Below, in pieces: positions 12,243 through 23,957 of a stretch of DNA of 64,000 nt (the stretch's first letter is position 1; each line of letters begins with the position of its first letter). Location: the NCBI GenBank assembly GCA_973851085.1, contig OZ316775.1:7812001-7876000 (forward strand), read 5' to 3'. A model generated the notes under the pieces. It saw nothing but the letters and a program-made list of their open reading frames with translations. It was not told the origin of the DNA and did not search any database. The position numbers were made by a program, and so were the translations under genes. The DNA is from Ptychomitrium polyphyllum (Eukaryota).

Positions 12243-15200
12243 TTATGACAATGCTACCACAGTGTTACTTTCTGCTTGATGATGTTCAAGGTTTCGAAGA
12301 ACAATTCGAGCAAACACTTTAGCCTGCAGCGGTGCAGTAGCTGCTGCGGCCACACTCCGTAGAACCCTACTTGCACCAGCCTTTTGGAGAAGAATCGCAT
12401 GGTGCAATGCATGCCTACCTCCTGGCATCGTGAACTGCACCACAAACAAGGGCAAGTAAATGAATATGCGAAGATATGCTAGGAAAAATGAATGCAATTT
12501 CTTTTAAAAGCTCACTGAAAATTCCTGATCTAACAGCCAAAGAAAAACCTCAATAGCCCTCGAAATAAACAAATTCAAGAAACTACAACTCTGAACGTCA
12601 CGTATTGACTCAGTCCCGTCATTAAAAATGATCACCTGCAAAAGAGCAAATGCTGCACAGGCTCTCAAAACTGCGTGCGAATTTCTCAGCATGGTCACAA
12701 AGCGTCCAACCTCAGCTCCACTACAAACACCAAAAGAAAAGGATAAATTTTTTTAACCTGATGAAACAATAGGTTATTAGTTTAATACTCGACAACTGGA
12801 ATATTAGTTTGTCAAAATGATCATGTTCACTGAACAGAAGGTGTACAAAGTGAATTCTTACACAAGCGCCTATAAATCTGCACTCATGTCCATGCTACAG
12901 TTTAAAAAGGAAACTTTTAGTTCTATAAGAATGCTCTTGAACATAATCCCAGCGCTGAGAGTGCTTTAGCAGTTAAGTATTCAGGAATACCTGCATCTCA
13001 GGTGCCCTGCTTCTTGAATTCTTGCATCCTCAGAGACCTCGTTGAGTTTGGCAGGAGCCCATGATGAGGCAGCAGCTATAAGAGCTTGTTGATCAGTAAA
13101 TGTTTGCACAAATGCCTCGATGTTGCGCAAGGCCAATTTTCTTGCTATATCCAGACTCACAAGTGTTCTACTATCACTCTCCACATTGGGTAATCTAAAC
13201 GCAAACTCATCCATCCTGCAAATGTAGAAACAGTTCTGAAGTCAATGATTAGGAGCACATTTAAGTTCAAAAATTGCTATACCAGATGGCAAAGAAGGAA
13301 ATTATAGAACCTGGATTTACGCAGAGACCAGACCAAAGGGAGCCTCACCAGGCCATATGATCAGTTGCCGAAACATGACTATCAGACATAAGGACCCTCA
13401 AACATGGTTTGATGCCAAAGACAAGAACAATAATCAAGAACTAATGCTCCACTTTAACCTCCCTACTAATCTCATGTACCTATGTTACCTTCACCACAGT
13501 ACATACAGCAATATTCAAATGTCTCAGTTTGGTGTTACTCAAAAGTGGACGCTGTACCTGCCATCAAACATGTATGCAAGAGCCAAAGCTGCCATAAACC
13601 GTGCCATTTTAGATCTCGAGGATGAGCACAAATGTACAAGTGCATGGACTCCCTCCTCCTCCACCATGCGCAATGCATTCCCAGGATTAAATGCCAAGTT
13701 CCACAAGGCTCCCACAGCAGTTTCATGTACATCCTAACAATTCAACAATTAAGATTCCAAATTAGTAGAAAAGACACATGACTGCGAGGGCACCGACTAC
13801 TTTTACACGAAGCAACTCATAATTCACAGCCAGATCTGAGAAATGCTATAAAAAATACTATTCATGACTCACATATTTTTTAAACCTGTGTTAGCTTCTA
13901 CACTTTCCGAGTATGACAAAGAAATAAAAATCTTTGAACTCAGATCCCTTGATTCGTATGTCAAGATATCACGCACAGCGCATCAAAAAATAAAACCTTA
14001 GGATTCATGCTGCAAAACCATGTACTTTGATCTTTATGTAAAGACTCACCTCGAATTCAGAATGCGCCAGCGTGATGAGTGGAGCAACTCCGCCCTCACG
14101 ACCAATAGCAATGCTATTAACTTCAGAGACAGATAGCCCCCATAATGCACCAGCAGCCCTCTCTTGCAGGCCTTGAGACCCGGTGCTACAGCCCTGGGCC
14201 AGAGTAACCTACACAACCAGAACAGAAACATCATACATTAAATGGCAAGACTATACTGGTGTAGTCCAGATGATCATGTGTGTACACAATGACCGAGAAG
14301 AATATGTACAATTTTCGTAAACTTAAATGCCTGCAAAGTCATCATAACTCACGAGTGCCTCGACACCACCAGCTGCTGCAATAGCTTCCCGATTTCTGTC
14401 ATCAAAAGAAAGATTCCACAATGCTCCAGCTGCTTCTTGCCTGAAAGTTTCGCAAGAAAACCATGCAAGCTGGAGGTAAGGAAAGTAATCTCTGATCTAA
14501 GCTTCACCAACTTCAATAACCGCTACATAAAACAAATTGACCTGAAAGCTGCAGATTAACATTAACCACCACACATACCTAACACCTTCATGGATTGAGC
14601 AAGTGAGATGCACAAGAGCTTCAAGTGCACCTGCCTCCCGCCCTACAGCAGCGCTATTGCCATTGCTGTCCCCATGTGCAGCAAGATTGGCCAAAGCGCG
14701 TGCTGCCTACAAATGGATCAAGAGAGGATTTGACATATTTTCCCAAACTGCAACGGAGACGGATTGTTTATATCGAATATTTGACAGTACACTGTCAAAT
14801 CACCTCCTGAATATACAGGTGCGCTCTTTACACATACATAAAATCCTACTTTTGTGGCTCTTCATCAAACCCTTACAACAAGCATGAAATAGATGTTAAA
14901 TTGAAAACCAAACGCAATTGCACTGACTACATCATTTACTTCTGCTATGCTATTTTCCTACCAAAATACAACCACAAAATCTTTCATGACGAGTTCAAAA
15001 ACCTCTCTGAACACTCCATATATAGCACTAAGACTAAAGTTCTAACTGTGATTACCATCGCCACATAAACAAAGCGAAGCTCGCATGACCATATCAAAGT
15101 CCTATATTTGAGACTAAATAGTTACAAAATTGTGCTTAAAGATCGTAATTGATTGATACCTGCTCTTGCACCCCTTCATGATCGCAAAAGCGTGCAAGCA

Positions 15201-17700
15201 CAACAAGCGCCCGAACACCACCAGCCACAGCAACTTCCATGCTACACTTGTCATCAGCCGCTAAATTAGCTAGCGCACCTGCTGCTCTCTCCTGCTATCC
15301 AGACACAACATGCTCAATGTTAATGTCAACTGTTTCCAAATTCACCTTATAAATTCCAACTTATACTTTGAAAAACAAGAAACTAGATGAACAAGTAATG
15401 CGTGTGCTCACCAGCACACCCTCGCCTCCAGCAGGCCATTTGAATGCCAATTCCACGAGGGCTTCAATTGCGCCTGCTCCAGCTATAGCACCCTATTTTC
15501 ATTGACGGTCTTGTTAGTGAGTGCACAAGTATGTCCGCAAGTGCAAGTCAGCCAGGTAATTAAATGCATACTTACTGTGATATTAACCCTAAACCTTGCC
15601 CAATCATTAAATATGCTCCGGAAACGTAAGTCTAAACAGTTCCCAACAAGGAGATTTGTTGCGTCGTCTGCCACCAAGTAATCCCTTGGAACATACTGTC
15701 AGAACGCATAACAATCAAAGTCCTCACAGCACAAAACGCCTACACCATGAGAAAAAAAAACTGAGAAATACACTCCGCAGCAATTACCTTGTGTTCTTCT
15801 CCAACTGACAAATTCCATAAGCCTCCCGCTGCCTCCTCGGCAACCCACCGATTAGGAGACCTGGCCAGAGCAGCCAGTATACTAATTCCCCCTTCCAAAG
15901 CAACTCTTTTTGCAACTTCAGTATTTACTGATAAATTTGCAATAGCCTGCAAGAAACAAGGGTGAAAGCTTTCAAGGGAATAAGGAAGAGCGCCCAAGTA
16001 AGATGTTAGACGCACATGTGGGCAGTTTGCCAACATGACATTTCCTAAGATGTGGTGTAGACCACTACAAACAATCTTCTTGGTAAGTGAAAAGAATGTC
16101 AAGAAATCTACGTAAATTCGTGCGTACAGGATTGTGCGTACATAAATCTTGGACAGAGATAGCCGGTCTCTTAACTCTACTCAATCCTGGTAGGACCTTT
16201 CTGAGCTACAAACTTTACAGCACACCACCACCTCCACACATTCACACTCTGGAAACAACTATGAGGAACGAGGACTACCTTGGCAGCTTCGGATTGAACA
16301 CCCTCGCGTGAAGACTTGGCGAGACCTAAGAGCAAGGCAATCCCACCACCGCTCATCACAGCTTCTGCTCTTGCCGAATCTACAGTTGCATTTTCGTCAT
16401 CGACTACGACAAACGTAGCCAAAGCAGTAGCAGCCCTTTCCTGTACATCCTCCACCATACTTTGAACCAGTCGAAGCATCATAGCAGTTCCCTGCTTGAG
16501 CCAGAAGCTATCCAAGCTTGGTGCATTACTCTCCGCAATTTTCAAAAGCGCATGTGATAGCATCCACTCAGTCCACTTCGCAACTTCAGAGTCAAGGCGC
16601 TTGGAGCTTGCTCTTCCAGACGAAGAGGCCTCCGTAGAATTTTTCGAACACAACAAAGTCTCCAAGCCTTCGTTAAGATCTGTGAACCGGGACAACAAGA
16701 CTGTCTTCGACGATGGTGACGGCTGGGGGCTATTACCTTCCTCAAGAAGAGCGCAGTCCAAAGCACACACCACCTTCAGTTCAGGAGCTGCCAGGAGATA
16801 CGCGAGCGCAATCGGAGTAATGTCGGTGCGGGAAACATCTAGACCCACCAAGTTAGGCAATTTGCTCCAGTAAAGCGTCGCAGTGGTCCATGCAACACAC
16901 CTGCACCCAGCAATCGACAGAAATCGAAGGCTCGTGGCAGCCATAAATGCCCCCTCGTCGATGTTATGACTGTCAAGGAACCCAAGCTCAGTGAGCCCCT
17001 TGCACTGCTGGAATAACGCCAGAATGGAACCCCTCTCCACGTCCCGAATCCCCGACACACACAGACGTCGCAATTTAGGGCAACAAACGGCCACCACCTT
17101 CAGAGCCTCACTCGTCACTCTCTCGCAATCGGACCCAAGCTGCAAGCTTTCCAGGTTCCCATGCCGCGCAACGATCATTGACAGCGTAGCATCCGAAAGA
17201 TTACTGCAACAATCCCCGCTGAGCTCCCGCAACGCCTTCGCTTGCAACCCCACAATTGAGCTCGCAAACGCCCCCCCTCGAAACTTCAGACTCTGCAACC
17301 CCTCGCACCGGCTCGCCAGCGCCGACACCATTTCCAAATCCAGCGTGTGCGCCCGCAGATCCACCGAACTCCACAACGACGAGGCGGTCCCCATCGCCCT
17401 CCATGCCCTGCACACCGACGCCAAACTCGCCCTGTCCCTGTAGTTCAACAGACGGAACAGCGCCAGCACGGTGTCATCCGGCAGCGCCATCCACTGCGCC
17501 TCGCGGCCTCCCCATTGCGCCTTCGCTGTCACCGCCGCCACCCCCGCTGCGCCCCCGCCCACAGACGCCGCCGTCGACGAGGTCGTTAACCTCGCCTTCT
17601 TGAACATCACCGCTGACTGCTCCTCCTCTCCCCCCAGAGTGGCAACATTGCGCCGCCGCTTGTTGGAGATCTCCTCCGCCCCTCCCGTGATGCGCTTCAT
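12243..17700 (-). CDS. ARABIDILLO: ARABIDILLO/PHYSCODILLO-type F-box, LRR-like and armadillo-repeat protein (~948 aa)
   Basis: 11 GT-AG exons in phase, total 2847 nt: 17700-16279, 15946-15788, 15492-15412, 15291-15160, 14706-14579, 14440-14353, 14208-14050, 13733-13558, 13215-12991, 12720-12636, 12434-12243. Basic NLS-like SNKRRRNV/KKAR, F-box WMALPDDTVLALFRLLNYRDRASLASVCRAWR, ARM repeats (VQERAATALATF, AEEAAGGLWNLS, ERAAGALANLA, QEAAGALWNLS), C-terminal EAGHLRCSGAE...FTMPGGRHALHH...AKVFARIVLRNLE. Confidence 0.96.
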
Positions 17701-17895
17701 CGTCCGCCACAACCTCACCACCAACCTCACCACCAATCCCTCATCGCCCCAACCGACCTAATCCCTCGATTGCCATCCGGAGCTCCTTCACCCTCACCAC
17801 CCACGCTCCTGCAATCTAGGATAATTGTCCAAGCCTGTTGCACTCTCATGGAGTACGCTTGCCCACCATCAAGTGGTCGTCGCGATCACCATCGT

Positions 17896-18017
17896 GATGG
17901 CGATGGCGATGGCGATGGCGATGAAACCCCAAGCCCAAGGAGCTCCAACCTCGACCTCGACTGGACACTTGGCCCGATTTGTCGGTTTGTCTGTTTGTCT
18001 GTTTGTCTGTTTGTCTG
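17896..18017. repeat. Microsatellites in the ARABIDILLO 5' leader/promoter
   Basis: (GATGGC)4+ at 17896-17923 and (TTTGTCTG)~4 at 17986-18017. Confidence 0.85.
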
Positions 18018-18699
18018 ATTGCCTGATTATCTATTTGTTCCGTCACCTTGTTCCTCGCTCTCGCACCCTGTTTTCCCTGCACTGTGCTGACTGTTGTGTT
18101 TAGTGTGTAGGGAGGCAGGCACTCCAGTGTGGTGGGCAATGTGTCTGGTGGTGTCGGTTCGAAAGCGAGCAGCAAAAGTAAAAGGGGGAAAAGGCTACAT
18201 TGAGCGCCTGGGGACTGCTTCCGAGCCGTTGACTGGGACCTAGGGAAGTGGCTCCTGCCGAGTTATTAGTGTGCGAGCTATCGATGAGAGAGTATTGTAG
18301 TCCTAGCTTTGGTTGGCTTGTCTCTGGCAGGGGCATGATGGAGCTATGGTCAAGGATGCCGTTGTTGCTTAAGGGCCGATGCGTCTGACATCCACTGGGT
18401 CGCTCCAATCGGGCCTACCATAGCCCCGGAGCTCATGGCGCCTCCAGGACTAAATTTATGACTGGGGCTCATTGGCCCAGCGTGGTTGCGAAGCGAATCC
18501 TTGGCCTGGAAAATGGTAACAGGGGATGCGATGATCGGTGTCGAATTGAGCTGATGGTCTTACGCCGTTGATTGGATTTGCTGGTCAAACTTTATAATCG
18601 AGAACTGCGTTTTCGCACAGTGATAATGTCTTTATAACATGATTGGGAGACGTTGATGGAATGGGGGCGAGCTTACCCCTCGCATATGTGCTGTGGTCC

Positions 18700-21600
18700 A
18701 TTTATATACGAAAACTAAAACTACAAGCTTCATAAGTTTCTTGAAAAGCTTCCAATATAATGCTTTGTGGTCTAGCAATCTCGGATTGCTTTTTTCAAAG
18801 CTTCCTTAGCCAAGATAACTTTCTTCAAAGTTTTCTTGGCCTTTTTAAACCTTCTAGGAACCTTTTTAAAAGCTTCTAATGTATATTTCCATAACATGTA
18901 CATCTTCAAGAGTGGAGGAACTTTGTATATGGTGCAATATGTCCAAAATGCAGTTATAATCCACTTCATTCTTGTTTGTGAAGTTGGAGTTGCATTATTT
19001 ACAAAAGATTAGTAGAATCAAATTCTTACTTTTATTTTCATTGCACGTTGAGAAAAAAAAACATTAATTAATTTATTTTATTTATCAAATCTTTAGGCTC
19101 TAATAAACTTCTATTATTATTTAACAACAATCTTCAAATCCATTGTAAATTAAAATAGGAGCTTTTAACAATGAGTATGTTGGTTTCATAAGAAAAAATA
19201 TGAAGGTGAATTATTTTTATTAAGTATTAGTAGCTTAAAAATGATATAATTGAATATATGAGCACATTCAATTTTTTGCAGTTTTTAGGCCCATTTAAAA
19301 GAGGGAAATGTCACCATGTGAGCAAAAAGTATGTGATTGCTATGAGCGGTGAGCACAATTTTTTAACAACCTTGCTATATTAAAGGTAAAAGAAATACCT
19401 ATAACTTCAAAAAACCATGGATTTTATAAAAAAATTGGACTATTTACATTAAATATCAAACATAAGACCGTACCAATACCAAAAAAAAAACAAGGTTTAC
19501 ATATTCCCATGGATCTGCAATAATGGTTTTCCTTTTGCTACAATGAATTTATATAAAGAAAATCACAAAATATCACGGGTCTTCATGAGTGTTTTTTTTT
19601 TTAAATTTGATTAAATGTGTTGATCCTTCTAATAAACAATAATAGGCCAAAAGTTAATGTCTTCTCTAATTTGCTTATCTTTTAGATTCTTGGCATCAAA
19701 TGTCTAATGAAGGAGCAATTAGAACGTAATGTGAATGTGAGGTGACTAGAATGTAGTAGTAGGATAAAAATTTACTTCTACTTTTGCACTTTCAATAAAA
19801 GAACCGATGCATCAATGCCTTCACTATAATAAGTTCAAAGTAGCTTGTATTGCACTTATTTCGATATGAGCAAGATTCTCCAAATTGCTAGTAACTTGAA
19901 CTTTTAGTGCCAAGAGAAAAAAAACATGAAAGTGTGAACAAATTCAAAATTGATTTACAAGAAGATGGTGCTTTAGAAGTCAATGTCTTCTCATATTTGT
20001 TAATTGTTTGAATTCTTGACCCTAAGAATGTGAAAGGTAAGCAAATTGAAAATAGTCCAAGGAAATGTCATCTCATTAAAAAACATCAAGACTTCAATTA
20101 ATGCATTTAAATGATAGAATTCTATAATTCAAACTCAAAAACATCAAACTTTCAAAACCACCTTCTTTTATAGCGTATTCATCAATATATTTCAAAAAAA
20201 CAAGATTTGTTCTATTGAGATCTTTCAAACTTGGAGAGGTTTGCTCAGATTCTATTACATTTATGCCTTCAATATAATCAAGGAGACTATAAAGCATTGA
20301 GGGGTTGTAAATAAAATCCAAGTTTGTAAAAAATAGTTGATGTTGAGGCAAAGGATGACTTAATCTCTGTCCAAATCCACAATAAACAAGTTAGATTGGC
20401 AATGAAGGAAAATAAGTAGCAAAATACATAATGAAGCAAAGACAGTACAAAATTTGACTTATCTAAAAAATTTCATGTGTTGTTTGTGAGTGATGATTGG
20501 CTCCAAGCTTTCTTCATCATTGTTGACAATCACTATTAATTGAGTAATGTTCCTTAATGGAGAAGTGGCTATCAATATATATAGTATGGTATTATATATA
20601 GCCTTGTCATTATGAAGAGTCACAACATGGTCGCCGAATGAATTGCGCACCTTTACAAAAGCACCTAGATAATAGAAAATAAGTTTGATAAAAATGACGT
20701 AACATAAGCAAAGTGAAGAAATGAAAAAGAGAATTATACCACACATTAATAGGAGTGTTGTAATAAAAAAATCAAGGCTTTATAAGTGCCTTGATGAGCA
20801 AGAAAAGAAGAGCTAAATCCTTATTTGTTGCTCTTCCATAAAAAATGATGCTATTCATTAGCTGTTTGATTTTTATGATGAAATTGTGAACAATATCATT
20901 ATTTAAGAAATCTATTGCCATGTCAAAGAACACTTTGTTGTCTTACGATTGGAATCCAAAGGTTTGAGTCCTTGTGTCCTTGGCCAATAGAAGAATCTTA
21001 AACCACAATGTTTGCAATTGGTAAGTTTGTGAATTATAAGAGCCAACAAAATGAGGTAAAACGTGAAAAACATAGATTAATCAAAATTGGTAGAAATGAA
21101 AGACTTACTTGGCAAGATGGATAATGTGGTTATGCAAGTTAAAGGCAATTAATTTCCAACTACTTATGATATCATTGAAAGCATATCTATCTAGATAGCT
21201 TAAAACTCTTGCTTGATATTAATGCCATTTGCAAAAAACAATAACATTGCTGCATCATTGTAGAAGTGATTTGGAACAAATGCAAATGCATTCTTCAAAA
21301 TTGTTGAAAGAACAATATTTTAGTTGAAAACAACATTAGAAGGATCAAAGATCTTAAAAATTGAAAGGCCTTCCAAGAAATCAAGATAACAAAATCTAAA
21401 GAAGGTTGGCTAAAAAGAACTCCATTAAAAGGAATGTAATAATTAAGAGAAAATTGAAATCAAATGCTAATACACATTTAAAACAAGAATAATAAGAGCA
21501 AGGAAGAAAATAAGAATAAAAAACAAGATTTAAAATAAATTGCAAAAATTACCTTAGCCATGAAGTTGATGATGTCATTGAATGATGTCACAAATGTGCC

Positions 21601-22750
21601 AATATTTCCATGAACTTGCATTGTATTTGACAAAAAATCATTGAAGAGCAAAATAGAAGATTTGTTTGAAATACCAATACCAACATGGCATTAAGTGCTT
21701 TTAAGCATGGCAATTGAAAGGCATTCAACCAAGTATCAAATGATATGACATTGTTGCTAGCTATAATAAGAAAGACACTAAAATAATTGTTTTTTATACC
21801 TTTGCCTTGTATAGAATCTTGCTCTGGAAACCGCTCTATCTTAAGCCTTCTCCTTTGCTACGGCTCACTAAAACTTCTATACGCTCCATTGATTACTTTT
21901 ACTTGTGCCATCAAAAGGTCTTAGGGTCACTGCAATAGTGATGTTTTTTGTTGACTTTGAAACCCTAATTGGAAACATAATTTGTTCCTTGTGCTAAAAT
22001 TATTTAAAGCTTCCCAAGTCCTATATTGATTCTTCCAATGGTAATCAATTCATGTTTTGCATAATTATAGGTATTAAAAATAAATAAATTTAAGGTTAAT
22101 TAAAAAAATTAATTATATTGTCTAAATTTAGAATTTAGAATTATTTTGGCACTATTTTCTATCTTTGGCCTTCAAGGAGCTACTCACAACAAATGCTCAC
22201 CTCCCGCTCATGCAGTCTTGACATTGATTAGAGAAATAAAAACCATGCTTTGATTGCTATTCATTAGTTCCAAAGATGCCTGCAAGCAAAGCAAGGCCTA
22301 GTTGAACAAACTTTGCTTCCTCCTTTAATTGAACAATTTGGTCACCTATAATGTCTAAGGTTTAAATTAAGAGTGTACAATCTAATGTACCTTATAGCAT
22401 TTTGTCAACACATTCAAAATATTTTTCAAATAACTTAAAAGTTCACAACAATTAAAGTGTGTCAAATCAAAAATTCACAAAATTGTATTTTTGAATGTGG
22501 TATAGATTTAAACATCAAAATATCAAAAAGTCACAAAATATTTATTTGAAATGGTTCAATGGTGAAAATTTTACATTTTTGTGCCTTTTAAACGTTTGAA
22601 AGTTATTTTGAAAACAACAAGATTCAAATCATACTCCCAACAACATACAACATTCCTATAACACACAACATTAGGAGTTGTTACATTCTAAAGTTGTAGC
22701 TTATTATTGCCCTTGATTTCACAAGAATTGGAGGCCATGATATTCTCTAT
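18700..22750. mobile_element. AT-rich, CpG-poor block of decayed transposon-like sequence
   Basis: Abrupt AT enrichment and few CG dinucleotides relative to the flanking genes; LTR-like AAGCTTC/AACCTTCTAG subrepeats at 18720-18896 ending in ATAACA; contains the spliced methyltransferase-like pseudogene. Boundaries approximate. Confidence 0.5.
20459..21911 (-). pseudogene. Spliced, decayed beta-class N4-cytosine/N6-adenine DNA methyltransferase-like gene (N6_N4_Mtase-like)
   Basis: Reconstructed exons 21911-21800, 21760-21553, 21409-21109, ~21011-20740, 20664-20459, mostly with GT/AG ends. Translation gives FRFCYLDFLEG (position of the DPPY motif), NDAAMLLFF...RVLSYLDRYAF...W, GRATNKDLALLFLLIKALIKP* and GAFVKVRNSFGDHVVTLHNDKAIYNTIL, the motif order of beta-class amino-MTases. 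Several stops and frameshifts. Confidence 0.55.
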
Positions 22751-23957
22751 CATAACACACTAGACTTAATCAAAACTTGCTATTACAAATCGTGCTGGGG
22801 AGGCATTTGATAGTGATACATGTCACAGAAGGATGCAGATCTCTGGTCCATTGGGCAACCGTCTATTCCAGTGTCATCACAGTCTATTCCAGTGTCTGTC
22901 ATGCATTTTCAAGGGTATGTGTACCATGCTCTGTAAGACAAGACTGTTGACACATCAACTACTTTATTGTACAGAGCCCTTCAGTGTACATGTACCAAGA
23001 CTTTGTACTGTATTGTACTGTAATGTACTATCGAATATTTAGGACCAATGAATGGCTAGGACAAGCACATTTACATGATCATCGCCAATAAATTTAACAG
23101 CGTTTCCAAAACTAAGTGCCAATTCACAATTCCAGTAATTTTATTGTTTTGGAAATCTTTTTGTTGAGCATTGACACATTTTCATAAGTTCATCAACCTG
23201 TTTCAGGACAAACTTATGGTTGAGTGTACATAAATGTCTCAAGCTTGTCCTCGTGTGGGTGGCTCAATTGGTGGGTCAGAGCAGACGATTGAGAAATAAA
23301 AGAAAATTTTCCTCGGAACAATGACTTCATGTACCAGAACGCAAACCCATCAGGTGAGCACAACGATGTAGCCTGCACGTGTTGGTGCTCCTTAATTACA
23401 CAGCATCTAGGGGCTGAATCTCCTCGCAAAGAAGATGCACAAGCTACTTAAATTCAAGATTAACCGGTTCTAACCATCCACAAGTGATTTGAATATTCCA
23501 TGCAGTAGTTGTGGTATCTTCGACACACGGTTAGTTGAATGTGACGATATGCACAATGTAACGACAAAATATATCAGTAAAAGTAACGGTGATAGACTGC
23601 GCATAAGAAGCACTTTCTGTGTTTGCACATAGATTGTAAAGCACATGTAAGCGCTGTCGAGATTGAATGACGTCCCCGACATCAATTTGTTTAGGTCAAT
23701 ATTCCAGAGTCAGGTAGTACAAATTGGGAAAGAACAAAATCAAACAGTAATTCAATTACCACACCGAATCAGTTGCGAGTAGAGCAGATCAAAGATGTCC
23801 AGCAAAGCAAACCGTTTGGTATTTCCCAATGAGATCTTCATTGGCAGAGGAGAAATCAAAAATTACTAAATAGAGTACGGGGAATTAAGGAAAAGACTTG
23901 CTGTATCAGTGAGTGTGTCAGTACCTAGAGGAAACTTTTTTTAAAAAGAAAAAGATG

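Noticed and set aside
16496..17761. Overlapping + strand and alternate-frame ORFs across ARABIDILLO exon 1
   Set aside because: Shadow ORFs of a GC-rich exon with no recognisable domains.
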